The translations under genes and the position numbers were made by a program. From an uncultured Alphaproteobacteria bacterium (GTDB lineage Bacteria > Pseudomonadota > Alphaproteobacteria > MPNO01 > DASWLB01), in the NCBI GenBank assembly GCA_963822575.1, contig CAWGHZ010000007.1:1024739-1088738 (forward strand): 64,000 bases of DNA. The letters are read 5' to 3'. The notes beneath the pieces are model-generated. The model was not told the DNA's origin. It saw only the letters and a program-made list of their open reading frames with translations, and ran no database searches. Shown one piece after another: positions 9,683-19,957 of the stretch (the stretch's first letter is position 1; each line of letters opens with the position of its first letter).

Positions 9683-11185
9683 TTGTTCGACGGGCTTGCC
9701 CAGGGGCTCGGGCTGATCCTCACCCAGCACGGGCTCGTGATGCTGGCGCTGGGGGTCGTGGTCGGGCTGGTGTTCGGCGCGATCCCCGGGCTCGGCGGGA
9801 CGACGGCGATCGCGCTGTTCATCCCGCTGACCTATGGCATGCCGTCGCAGGACGCGATGGCCCTCGCCGGCGGGATCATGGGCGCCGTCGCGTTCGGCGG
9901 CACGATCACCGCGATCCTCCTCAACACGCCCGGCACGCCGATGAGCGCCGCCACTTGCTTCGACGGCTATCCGCTCGCCCAGCAGGGCAAGGCGGGCATG
10001 GCGATCGGGGCGGCCGGCGCGGCGTCCTCGCTGGGCGGGCTCTGCGGCGTCGTCATCCTGGTGATGGTCGTGCCGATCGCGCGCGAGCTGGTGCTCGCCT
10101 TCGGCCCGCCCGAGTTCTTCATGATGGCGCTCCTCGGCCTATCGTCCATCGCCGCCTCGACCGGAGGGGCGTTCCTGCGCGGGCTGATCGCGGCCTGCGG
10201 CGGGCTGATGATGGCGTTCGTCGGCTACGACGCGGTGTCGGGCGGCAACCGCTTCATGGCGGGCATCGAGTATCTGTGGGACGGCATCCCGCTGGTGCCG
10301 GCGCTGATCGGGCTTTTCGCCATCGCCGAGATGATCAAGCTCTCGATCGACGGCGGCACGGTGGTGCGCACCGCCGAGTTCGGCACCAAGATCGTCGGCG
10401 TCGGGCAGGGGATCGCCGCCGTGTTCCGCAACTGGCCGACGGTGCTGCGCGGCTCGGCGGTGGGCGTGTTCATCGGCGCCGTGCCGGGCGTCGGCGGCAC
10501 GGTCGCGTCCTTCCTCGCCTACTCGGTGACGGTGCAGGTCTCCAAGCACCCGGAGCGGTTCGGCAAGGGCGAGATCCAGGGCGTGATCGGCCCCGAATCC
10601 GCGATCAACGCCAAGGACGGCGGCGCGCTGATCCCGACCCTTGCCTTCGGCATTCCGGGCAGCGCCGAGATGGCCGTCTTCCTCGGGCTTCTGGTGCTGC
10701 ACGGGCTCGACCCGGGGCCGCTGCTGCTGATCGAGCACGAGGGCGAGATGTTCAGCCTGATCGTCGCGCTGACCATGTCCTGCGTGCTGGCAACCTGCCT
10801 CGGACTCGCGGTGACGCGCTGGCTCTCGCTCATCACGCTGGTCGACGTGCACATATTGGTGCCGGCGGTGATCTCGGTCTCGCTCGTCGGCGCCTATGCG
10901 CTCGACGGCAAGACCGGCGACGTGGTGGTCGCCGCGATCATGGGCGTCGTCGGCTATCTGATGATCAAGTTCGACTACCCGCGCGTCGCCATGGTGATCG
11001 CGCTGGTCCTGGGCGACCTTGCCGAGCGCAGTTTCCACCAGACCATGCAGATCACCAACGGGGACTGGACCGTCTATTTCACCCGGCCGATCTCGGCGAT
11101 CCTGCTCGCGCTGACGCTTGCTGTCGCTCGCCATCCCGGCGATCCGCGTCGCGCTGGCGCGCCGCCGGGCGAAGGCGGCGCCATG
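9683..11185 (+). CDS. tctA: tripartite tricarboxylate transporter permease TctA (apparent frameshift near 11120-11135 fuses it in frame to tctB)
   Basis: ~500-aa TctA-like polytopic sequence; alternate frame at C-terminus gives canonical basic tail IPAIRVALARRRAKAAP-stop with ATGA overlap onto tctB. Confidence 0.75.
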
Positions 11186-11659
11186 ACGGAAGGGCGCCGC
11201 GACCTCTGGGTCTCGCTCGCGACGCTCGCGATCTTCGCCGCGCTGTTCGTCTGGTCGGAGGCGATCCCCGACCCGCGCGGGCGCGAGTTTCCGGTGCTGG
11301 TTTCTGGCGCGGCGGTGATCCTCGGCGCGCTCGACGTGCTGGTCCACTCCGGCACCCGCCCCGGGCGCTGGTTGGGCGCGATGCTCGCCGGCGCCGCGGC
11401 CGCTTCCGCCGAGCCGCGCCGGCATCTCCGGTCCGAGGCGCTGGCCGTCGTCTGGGTTGCGGCGGCGCTGGCGCTGGTGCTCCTCGTGGGCTTCCTGGTC
11501 GCGATCCCGGTCTACGTGTTCTGCTACCTGCTTCTTCATGGCAGGCGCACCTTGCGCATGAGCCTGATCGCCGCGGTGGCGACCACCTTCGGCATCTGGC
11601 TCGGCTTCGAGGTGGCTCTCCGTTACGACCTCTACCGCGGGATGCTGTTCCAGGGGTAA
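11183..11659 (+). CDS. tctB: TctB-like small 4-TM subunit
   Basis: 158 aa from MTEGRRDLWVSLATLAIFAALFV..., four hydrophobic helices; positioned after tctA (non-canonical order). Confidence 0.6.
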   Translation: MTEGRRDLWVSLATLAIFAALFVWSEAIPDPRGREFPVLVSGAAVILGALDVLVHSGTRPGRWLGAMLAGAAAASAEPRRHLRSEALAVVWVAAALALVLLVGFLVAIPVYVFCYLLLHGRRTLRMSLIAAVATTFGIWLGFEVALRYDLYRGMLFQG

Positions 11660-11690
11660 GGTGCGCCCGCCGCAACCGAGGAGACCCGCC

Positions 11691-12911
11691 ATGCCGCACG
11701 ACCTACCGGGACAGGCGCACTGGCACGAGCCGGCCGGCGGCCGCAAGGCCGGGCACGGCACGTTCGGCCGCCCCGCCACACCCTACGACCTGTTCATGGA
11801 AACCGAGGAGATCCCCATCTTCCGCGGCATCGGGGTCTCCCGCGTGCAGGATTTGCCGCTGGCACCGTGGCACCGCATGGGCGGGCGCGGCAGCTACATC
11901 CAGCTCTTCGGCACGGAGGGGAAGTGGGGGTCCTACGTGGTCGAGGTGCCGGGCCGCGGCGCGCTCAACCCGGAGAAGCACCTCTACGAGGAGATCTATT
12001 ACGTGGTGGAGGGCCGCGGCTCGACCGAGGTGTGGCTCGAGGGCGACAGGAAGCGCCACATCTTCGAGTGGCAGCAGGGCTCGCTCTTCTCCATCCCGGT
12101 GAACGCGATGCACCGCGTGGTCAACGCCACCTCGTCGCCCGCTTTGCTGCTCGCCGGCACCACCGCACCTAACCTGATGAACCTGATCGATAACCGGGGC
12201 GCGATTTTCGAGAACCCCTACCAGTTCCGCGACCGGTTCTCCGGCGCCGACGATTTCTACAAGCCGAACGACGCGATCGAGCCCGACCCGGTGCGCGGCC
12301 TCGCCATGCGGCGGACCAACTTCATCCCCGACATCGTCAGCTGCGACCTGCCGCTCGACAACCGGCGCTCGCCCGGCTACCGCCGCGTCGAGCCGTTCAT
12401 GACCGGCAACACGTTCTATCTGTGGATCGGCCAGCACGAGAACGGGCGCTATTCGAAGGCGCACGCGCATACCTCGGCGGCCGTGCTGATCTGTCTCGCC
12501 GGCAAGGGCTACACCTACACCTGGCCGGAGGGGTGCGGTCCCACGCCGTGGAAGGACGGGCATGCCGACAAGATCAAGCGCGTCGATTACGAGCCGGTCG
12601 GCATGGTCTCGGCCGCACCGGGCGGGGCGCGCTGGTTCCACCAGCATTTCGGCACTTCGAAGGAATCGTTCCGCCTGACCGCCTGGTTTGGCCCCAACTC
12701 GCCCGGCCGCGAGCCCGGCCCGCCCGGCGAGAAGCACACCGACTACGGCGCGATCGAAATCCCCGACGGCGGCACGGCCGTGCCCTACTGGATGGAGGAC
12801 CCGTTCATCCGCGCCGAGTACGAGGACACCCTGAAGCGCGAGGGCGTCCAGAGCCGCATGGAAGACGATTGGTACAAGCCCGGCGCCAAGGTCGCCTCGA
12901 TGGCGGATTGA
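11691..12911 (+). CDS. bicupin protein (gentisate 1,2-dioxygenase-like cupin superfamily), function unknown
   Basis: Two cupin-like cores (VVEGRGSTEVW; AHAHTSAAVLICLAGKGYTYTW with HxH); GGAGA RBS. Confidence 0.5.
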   Translation: MPHDLPGQAHWHEPAGGRKAGHGTFGRPATPYDLFMETEEIPIFRGIGVSRVQDLPLAPWHRMGGRGSYIQLFGTEGKWGSYVVEVPGRGALNPEKHLYEEIYYVVEGRGSTEVWLEGDRKRHIFEWQQGSLFSIPVNAMHRVVNATSSPALLLAGTTAPNLMNLIDNRGAIFENPYQFRDRFSGADDFYKPNDAIEPDPVRGLAMRRTNFIPDIVSCDLPLDNRRSPGYRRVEPFMTGNTFYLWIGQHENGRYSKAHAHTSAAVLICLAGKGYTYTWPEGCGPTPWKDGHADKIKRVDYEPVGMVSAAPGGARWFHQHFGTSKESFRLTAWFGPNSPGREPGPPGEKHTDYGAIEIPDGGTAVPYWMEDPFIRAEYEDTLKREGVQSRMEDDWYKPGAKVASMAD

Positions 12912-13073
12912 GCCTCTTGCCGAAGACCAAGAAATGTCACTCCGGGCGCGGTGCAGCACGAAGTGATGCACCGCTGACCCGGGGCCCATGGTTTGGCCTC
13001 CAAGGCGCCTTGAGATGGGTCCCGGCTCGCGCTGCGAACTTCGTTCGCCGCTTGGCCGGGATGACAGGCTGAG

Positions 13074-14562
13074 TTGACCGCCGCCGACGACACCGGCGGG
13101 CGGGTGTTCTTTTCCTCGACCGGGCGGACGCTCGAGGTCGAGGACGAGATCCGCCTGACCAGCGTCGGCGTCGACATCGGCTCGTCCACCTCGCACCTGG
13201 TCGTCTCGCGGCTGGTGCTGGAGCGGCTCGAACTCGCGCTACGTCGTCGCGTCGCGCGAGGCGATCTACGAATCCGGCATCCTGCTCACGCCCTATGCGG
13301 GCGGCGATACGATCGACGCTGAGGCGTTGGGTGCGTTCATCGCCGGCGAATACGCGAAGGCCGGCCTCGCGCCGGCGGAGATCGACACCGGCGCGCTCAT
13401 CCTCACCGGCGTCGCGGTCGCGCGGAAGAACGCGCGCGCCATCGCCGACCTGTTCGCCGCCGAGGCCGGCAAGCTCGTCGCCGTCTCGGCCGGCGACAGT
13501 CTGGAGACGATTATGGCGGCGCACGGCTCGGGCGCGGTTGCCGCCTCGATCCGCGAGCGCGCGACGGTGATGAATATCGACATCGGCGGCGGTACGTCCA
13601 AGATCGCGGTCTGCCGCGACGGGCGCGTCGTCGACCGCACCGCCCTCGACGTCGGCGCCCGGCTCGTCTGTCTCGACGAAGGGGGCCGCGTCGTGCGCAT
13701 CGAGCCCGCCGGCGCGCGGTTCGCCGCGGCGCTCGGAATCGACGCCAGGGTCGGCGAGCCGCTCGCGCCCGCGGCGCAGCGCGCGCTGGCCGAGGCGATG
13801 GCCGACAGATTATTCGAGGCGGTCGCCGGCCGCGCACCCGAGATTGCCGGGACGCCGCTCCTCCGCCTCGATCCGCTCAAATGGCGGCGGGGCATCGGCG
13901 CGCTGATGTTCTCGGGCGGCGTCTCCGAATACATCTACGACCGCGAGAAGACCGCGTTCGGCGATCTCGGCCCGGCGCTCGCCGAGGCGGTGGCGCGCCG
14001 CGCCGAGACGTGGGGCGCGCGCGTGCTGGTGCCGCGCGCCGGCATCCGCGCGACGGTGATCGGCGCGTCGCAATACACGATCCAGGTCTCGGGCTCGACC
14101 ATCTTCGTCGCGCCGCTCGACGCGCTGCCGCTCCGCAACGTACCGGTGATCGCGCCGGCCCTCGCGCTCGCGGACGAGGAAATCGACCGCGCCGCCGTCG
14201 CCAACGAGGTGGCGGAGACCCTGGCGCGCCAGGACCTCGCGACCGGCGACCGGCCGGTCTGCGTGTTCGTGCCGTGGCAGGGCTCGGCGACGTTCGCGCG
14301 GCTCGACGCGCTTTGCCGCGGCGTTGCCGAGGGGCTCGCGCCTGTGCTGGCGGCGGGACACCCGCTGGTGCTGGCCGGCGATTCCGACATCGGCGGGCTC
14401 GTCGGCATCCATTGCCGCGAGGAGCTCGGCCTTCCCAACCCCATCGTCTCGGTCGATGGGCTCGAGCTCGCTGCCTTCGATTACATCGACATCGGCACGA
14501 TGCTGGAATCCTCCGGCGCCGTCGCCGTGGTCATCAAGTCGCTGGTGTTCCCGGGCGGCTAG
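13074..14562 (+). CDS. eutA: EutA-family reactivase-like ATPase, orphan, apparent frameshift at ~13225-13236
   Basis: N-terminal RLTSVGVDIGSSTSHLVVSRLVLERLE and C-terminal FDYIDIGTMLESSGAVAVVIKSLVFPG match E. coli EutA ends; two ORFs (13074-13322 and 13327-14562) in frames 0 and +1 joined by a 1-nt shift. Confidence 0.6.
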
Positions 14563-15494
14563 CCGAGCACGGCTCGAGCATGCCGTGCCCGTCGCCGCAG
14601 CCGGCGGAGTGCCACGAGCGCCGGCACCAGGACGGCGCCCAGCGACCCCGGTTCGGCCACCGTCGCCGCGAACATGTCCGCCACGGTCACGTTGTCGAGG
14701 CAGACGTTCGACTGGGTTTCGCCGAGCAGGATCGTGTTGCTGGTCCCATCGGTGATGCCGAAGCGTGCGTTGGCGAAACAAGCACCGAACTGCCCCATCT
14801 CGCCAATGAGGATCGTGTTGCTGGTGCCGTCGGTAATCCCGCCAACCAGGACGTCGCCGAGCATTGCGTTGCCGAGGCAGAAGCGCGCGTCGGCGCTGCC
14901 GTCGATTGCGGTCGGAGTAGGGGGGGACTGCTGAATGGTGCGCACGGAGCCGTCGCCGAAGGCGAACGTGCTCCCCGAGCCGGTGCGGAGCCCGACGCTT
15001 TCGGAAAGCAGGATCGTGTTGCTCGCCCCGTCGGACACTTTCATGAAGTTTGCGTCCGGGAAGCAGGCCGCGCCGGCGGTTCCCACGTCGACCGAGATGA
15101 AACGCACCGAACCGTCGCCCGTGAGAAACCTGACAGACCCGTCGCCGCACGCGACCCTGCCGCCCGCGGACCCGGCCGGTATGACCGAGCCGTCGCAATC
15201 GACGGTATTGGTGCCGAGGATGGAGCCCGCCGGCGTGTCGCACGAGGCCATCGTTGCGTCGACCGTGGTCGTTCCGCCGGCAGTCGTGATATCGACCGTT
15301 CCGTCCGGGTGCCAGACACGCACCGACCCGTCGGCGCAGCTGAAGCTTGCCTCGCCGGTGTAGCCGAATAGGATCGTATTGCTCGTGCCGTCGGTGATCT
15401 GGCCGACCCCTCGCAGCGAAGTCGTTGCATCGGCGCGGGTCGACAGTGGGACGGACAAGAGAAAGACTGGGATAAGCAACCGCAGCCAGCGCAT
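14559..15494 (-). CDS. secreted PEP-CTERM protein built from repeated DUF1559-like motifs (ITDGTSNTILLGE x4; GDGSVRF x3)
   Basis: Signal peptide MRWLRLLIPVFLLSVPLSTRADA; C-terminal VAEPGSLGAVLVPALVALRRLRRRAR = PEP-CTERM sorting signal; GGAGG RBS. Confidence 0.65.
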   Translation of the reverse strand: MRWLRLLIPVFLLSVPLSTRADATTSLRGVGQITDGTSNTILFGYTGEASFSCADGSVRVWHPDGTVDITTAGGTTTVDATMASCDTPAGSILGTNTVDCDGSVIPAGSAGGRVACGDGSVRFLTGDGSVRFISVDVGTAGAACFPDANFMKVSDGASNTILLSESVGLRTGSGSTFAFGDGSVRTIQQSPPTPTAIDGSADARFCLGNAMLGDVLVGGITDGTSNTILIGEMGQFGACFANARFGITDGTSNTILLGETQSNVCLDNVTVADMFAATVAEPGSLGAVLVPALVALRRLRRRARHARAVLG

Positions 15495-15672
15495 AAAAGC
15501 CTCCAGATGCACGCGTCTTGCCGACCCCAATACGATTATTCGGCAACCGTGTGATGTCGTCAATGGCAGGGGAAGGCTTTCGGCGAGACACTTGAACTTA
15601 AAGGCCTGCCGCAAGCACTAAGGTCCGGAGACCAAGGCCACACTCGGCGTTCATCGAAAGGCAACTGGTTCT

Positions 15673-16656
15673 TTGAGTGGCATGAGATTTCCTTTCAACC
15701 AGCCGGAGCGGTCGTTGCGCGCCCGGGTCGGGGGTTCAGCGGCATTGCTCGTGATCGGCGGCGCGCTCGCGCTCGCCAGCGATGATTGGCGCCAAGGTGC
15801 GCTATTTGCGCTTGGAGGGATCGGCGGCGCGCTTCTTTACGTCACCGGCTTCGCTTTCATGGGCGGGTGGAAGGACGCCATTGTGCGGCGCGACGTGGCA
15901 GGCATCGAGGCGCAGATCGTGATGGTCGGGGCGAGCGTGCTGCTGTTCGCCGCCTTCGCGCTCGGTCGAGGCGCGGCGCTCGGCCTGCCAATGGCGGGCG
16001 CCGCCGCGCCGCTCGGCCTCGCCGTGGCCGTCGGCGGCGCGCTCTTCGGGGTCGGGCTCGCCTTCATGGGCGATGGCCTCGCTCTCGCCGCCGCGCTCTT
16101 CGCTGCCGTTGCGGGTGCATGGCTTGCCGGGCTCACCCCCGATGTGTGGGCGCGGCTGCCGTCGGTCGGCCCGGTGATGCTGCCGGCGCTGGTGCGGTGG
16201 AAGGGCGCGGCGCCGATCCAGTTCGGCGTGCTGATCCTCTTGTGGACCTTCGCGCGGATGTGGGCGGGCACGACGGCGCGGCGCCCGGTGCGGCCGCTCG
16301 TTGCACCCGCGCTCGCGCTCGCGACCCTCGGCTGGCTGGTGCTGATGGTCTCCGACACGCCGTGGCATCTCGTGCCGTTTGCGACCGCGTGGCGGATGGA
16401 CCTCGCCGTCGCGCTCGGCGCGATTGCTGCCGCTTCGCTGGTGCGGGGCGCGACGGGAAGCGTGCCGATCGGGCGCGCGCTGCCTATCGCGGTCGCCGGC
16501 GGGCTGGTCGCGGGCTATGGCGCGGGCATCGCCGGAACCCCGCTCGAAGCGATGATCGCCGCCGTCGCCTCGGGCAGCCTCTCCGGCTGGCTGTGGCTCG
16601 CCTCGGCGTTCGGCGCGGCGATCCTCGGGATCCGCCTGCGCCGCGCGCTCGGCTAG
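15673..16656 (+). CDS. polytopic Ala/Gly-rich inner-membrane protein (YeeE/YedE-like?), hypothetical
   Basis: 327-aa ORF, ~8 predicted TM helices, no cysteines; family assignment weak. Confidence 0.45.
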   Translation: MSGMRFPFNQPERSLRARVGGSAALLVIGGALALASDDWRQGALFALGGIGGALLYVTGFAFMGGWKDAIVRRDVAGIEAQIVMVGASVLLFAAFALGRGAALGLPMAGAAAPLGLAVAVGGALFGVGLAFMGDGLALAAALFAAVAGAWLAGLTPDVWARLPSVGPVMLPALVRWKGAAPIQFGVLILLWTFARMWAGTTARRPVRPLVAPALALATLGWLVLMVSDTPWHLVPFATAWRMDLAVALGAIAAASLVRGATGSVPIGRALPIAVAGGLVAGYGAGIAGTPLEAMIAAVASGSLSGWLWLASAFGAAILGIRLRRALG

Positions 16657-16658
16657 GC

Positions 16659-18599
16659 TCAGGTCACGGCCGCGCTCTTGCGCGGTTTGGCGGCCATCCA
16701 GTTCGCGCCGACCAGCGCCGCGCCGACGATCAGCGAGAGGACGTTGATTCCCGCCTTGATGCCCTCGCCCTCGACCGGCAGGAACAACCCCAGCGCGCAG
16801 GCGAACAGCACGACGCGCCAGTAGAACACGACATGGGTCATGAAATAGCCGCGCAACGCGATCGACAGTGCCAGGATTCCGACGCAGGCCGAAGCGAAGT
16901 TGATGACGATCAGCCATAGCGGCCCCTGGGCCAGCAGGGTCGGCGAGAACACGAACACGAACGGCACGATGAAGGCGACGGCGCCGAGCTTGCACGCCTC
17001 GTAGCCGGTCCTGAGCGGCGCCGACTTGGCGATTCCCGCCGCGGCGATGGCCGCGACCGCGACCGGCGGGGTGATCAGCGAGAACACGCCGTAATAGAAG
17101 ATGAAGAAGTGCGCGGCGATCGGCAGGATGCCGAACTTCACCAGCGACGGCACGATCAGCGTGACCTGCATGAAGTAGATCGCGATGCCGGGAAGCCCCA
17201 TCCCCAGGATCAAGCTCACCACCGCCGTCACGACCAGGAGCAGCGTGTAGCTGTAGTTGCCGAGCTGCACCAGCGGCTCGGTGAAGGTGAAGCTCATCCC
17301 CGTCATCGACGAGACGCCCAGGATGATGCCCACCAGGAGCGCCACCACGATGATCTCGCACACCTGCAGCCCCGCCTGGGCGATCATGCGGTACCACCAC
17401 ACGAACGGCTTGTGCCGCACGTACCAGTAGCCGCAGATGAGCAGCAGCAGCACCGCGAACATGCCGGCCTTCTCCGGCGCCCACAGGAGCCAGACCAGCG
17501 TGTAGATCAGCACCGGCAGAGGCAGCAAGTAGGCCCAGCCGCGCTTCAGCACCTGCCAGGCGTTGGGGATCTCGCTGGCCGGCAGGCCCTTCATGCCCGT
17601 CCGCCCGGCCTCGAGGTCGACCTGGATCAGCAGCGCGCCGTAATAGAGGATCGCCGGCAGCGCCGCCGCTAGCACGATCTCGCCGTAGGGCTTGTGCAGA
17701 TACTCCGCCATGACGAAGGCGACAGCGCTCATCACCGGCGGCATGACAAGGCCCCCGGTGGACGCGCACGCCTCGACCGCGCCGGCCACCTCCGGCCGGT
17801 AGCCGATGCGCTTCATCATCGGGATTGTGACCGAGCCCGTGATCACCACGTTGGCGACCGCAGAGTTCGAGATCGAGCCGAACAGCGCCGAGCCGATCAC
17901 CGCCACCTTGGCCGGCCCGCCGCGGTAGCGCCCGAGCGCCGCGATAGCGAGGTCGGTGAACAGCGTGCCGCCGCCCATCGAGAACAGCAACTGGCCGAAC
18001 ACCACGAAGACCAGCACGATCGTCGCGACGATCCCCATGATGATGCCGAGCATCCCCTCGCCGCCGACGAACAGATCGACCGCGACCCGGTCCCATCCGA
18101 TCGACCGCGTGCGCAGCATGCCGGGAAAGTGGCTGGCGAACAGCGCGTAGACGACGAACAGGATGGCGAGGATCGGCAGGATCGGCCCGTACACGCGGCG
18201 CGTCGCCTCGATCACCAGCAGCACCGTGGCCGTCCCGAAGATCAGCTTCGACGGCGTGATGTCGGCGACGCGGTAGCTGATCTCGGGGTACAGCACCATG
18301 ATGTACATGCCGCAGGTGAACCCGAGGAACGCGAACAGAACGTCGTACCAGGGGGCGCCGTGGCGCGGCGTCCGCTTGGTCGCCGGGAACAGCATGAACA
18401 CGGCGAACAGCGTGATGCCGAACACGAGCCCGTAGAACTGCTGGGCGAAGATCGTCAAGTGCAGGTAGATCGGCACTTCGAGCGCGTAGAGCGCGCCCGC
18501 CAGCACCACGACCACGCCGAGGAATTCGCACGCTGCCATGTAGAACGGCTGCAGCGTGCGCGTGCGGACCGGCTCGGAACCCAGTTCAGTCTCGGCCAT
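16659..18599 (-). CDS. TRAP transporter fused permease (TAXI-type 4TM/12TM fusion)
   Basis: 646 aa, DctM-like large permease fused to small subunit; adjacent TAXI receptor. Confidence 0.85.
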   Translation of the reverse strand: MAETELGSEPVRTRTLQPFYMAACEFLGVVVVLAGALYALEVPIYLHLTIFAQQFYGLVFGITLFAVFMLFPATKRTPRHGAPWYDVLFAFLGFTCGMYIMVLYPEISYRVADITPSKLIFGTATVLLVIEATRRVYGPILPILAILFVVYALFASHFPGMLRTRSIGWDRVAVDLFVGGEGMLGIIMGIVATIVLVFVVFGQLLFSMGGGTLFTDLAIAALGRYRGGPAKVAVIGSALFGSISNSAVANVVITGSVTIPMMKRIGYRPEVAGAVEACASTGGLVMPPVMSAVAFVMAEYLHKPYGEIVLAAALPAILYYGALLIQVDLEAGRTGMKGLPASEIPNAWQVLKRGWAYLLPLPVLIYTLVWLLWAPEKAGMFAVLLLLICGYWYVRHKPFVWWYRMIAQAGLQVCEIIVVALLVGIILGVSSMTGMSFTFTEPLVQLGNYSYTLLLVVTAVVSLILGMGLPGIAIYFMQVTLIVPSLVKFGILPIAAHFFIFYYGVFSLITPPVAVAAIAAAGIAKSAPLRTGYEACKLGAVAFIVPFVFVFSPTLLAQGPLWLIVINFASACVGILALSIALRGYFMTHVVFYWRVVLFACALGLFLPVEGEGIKAGINVLSLIVGAALVGANWMAAKPRKSAAVT

Positions 18600-18648
18600 G
18601 GGGGCTCGCAATCAAAATGGGGCGGAGAATGGGCAGATCCTCCGACGC

Positions 18649-18725
18649 GTCATTGCGAGCGAAGCGAAGCAATCCAGTGGCCCTGCACCGCTGGATTGCT
18701 TCGTCGCTGCGCTCCTCGCAATGAC
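18649..18725. repeat. REP-type imperfect long hairpin (GTCATTGCGAGCGAAGCGAAGCAATCCAG ... CTGGATTGCTTCG..CTCCTCGCAATGAC)
   Basis: Two 11-bp stems with internal bulge; translation of either strand gives ...LDCF(A/V)A(S/L)LAMT..., a signature of Bradyrhizobiaceae-type REP elements; lies between TAXI receptor and permease genes. Confidence 0.7.
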
Positions 18726-18733
18726 GGGAAAGC

Positions 18734-19753
18734 CTACGCGCCGCCGTGGATCGCGAGCAGCATCTTCTGGCGCTGCTCGTGCGCCGCGTCCCACACGCCG
18801 ATCTCCTTGAAGAACTTGATCGCGCCCGGATGCATCGGCGCGGCGAAGCGCACCGCGCTCATCCCCTCGTGGGTCCAGAGGTGCATCGCCGGATGCGCCC
18901 CGTCGAGCTCGCGCACGTGGTTCCAGATGGTCTTGGCCATGGCGTACACCACCTCGTCGGGCGTCGACTTGTTCGCGGTGACCAGGATGTCCTTCTCCCA
19001 CACCGTGGTGTCCTTCACGATGCCGGTGAACGAGCCGGCCTTGAGCGTGACGCCGTAATAGCCTTCCTTGCTCTCGGCGAGCTTCTTGTCCGTCTCCGGC
19101 CCCGGCGGCAGGCCGACGAACAGCACGCCGTGATACTGCGCGTCGGCCTGGTTCACCACGCCCGAGCCGATCGAGGCGTTGGCGCAGTCGGTCTGGCCGT
19201 TGAGGAAGGCCTGGTAATTCTCGCGGATGCCGGCGACGGGAATCTGGGTCACGTCGTTCCACGTGAGACCGCCGGCGTGCAGCATGGCGCTGAGGTCCTC
19301 GCGGAATGCCACCGAGCCCGGGAACTTCGCGGGCAGGCGCTTGCCCTTGAGCTGCGACGCCATGGTGATGCCCAGCGACTTGGGCACCATGCAGCTTCCA
19401 TAGAGCGGCGGACCCTGGATCACCACGCGCTCGTCCGGGAAGGCGTGGCCCTTGTAGGTGGCGAGCCCGGCATAGGCGTCGTGGGTCGAGGTCGTGCCGC
19501 CGAGGGCGAAATCGGTCTCGCCGCCGCCGACCAGGTCGTCGAGCCCGGTGCCGGCCTCGCGCAGCCGCATGTTCGCGCCGTTGTGCTCGTGGAACAGCCG
19601 GGCGATGCCCGCCGCCGTGGCGTTGAAGGTGGTGCCCGGCGGCAGGGTGGCCATCGAGAACGTGCCGCTGATCTTCTGCGCCGCCGCGCCGTGGGCCGTC
19701 GCCAGGGCGATCGCGCAGATCGCAGCCGCCATCGCCGCACCGTGTCGGGTCAT
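18734..19753 (-). CDS. TAXI-family TRAP transporter solute receptor
   Basis: Signal peptide MTRHGAAMAAAICAIALATAHGAAAQ; TAXI-like sequence; GGGAGGA RBS. Confidence 0.8.
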   Translation of the reverse strand: MTRHGAAMAAAICAIALATAHGAAAQKISGTFSMATLPPGTTFNATAAGIARLFHEHNGANMRLREAGTGLDDLVGGGETDFALGGTTSTHDAYAGLATYKGHAFPDERVVIQGPPLYGSCMVPKSLGITMASQLKGKRLPAKFPGSVAFREDLSAMLHAGGLTWNDVTQIPVAGIRENYQAFLNGQTDCANASIGSGVVNQADAQYHGVLFVGLPPGPETDKKLAESKEGYYGVTLKAGSFTGIVKDTTVWEKDILVTANKSTPDEVVYAMAKTIWNHVRELDGAHPAMHLWTHEGMSAVRFAAPMHPGAIKFFKEIGVWDAAHEQRQKMLLAIHGGA

Positions 19754-19957
19754 CTCGTCCTCCCTTGTTGGCCTGGCCCGGCTGGCGCGGGCACGTTGCG
19801 GCGCCATGTTGCAACGCGCCCCCGTCCGGGCGCAACGGGTTTCGCAAGGGAGCTTCGCAGCCGGCGGGGTATGCGAGGCTGGCGATCCCCGCCCGCCTCC
19901 GCTAATTTTGCCCGAGCGCGGCGATGGACCGCCGCCGGGAAGGGACCCATGCTCGAT

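Noticed and set aside
13074-14562. Ethanolamine utilisation (eut) operon
   Set aside because: Only the eutA homolog is present. There is no eutB, eutC, microcompartment or eutR gene in the window.
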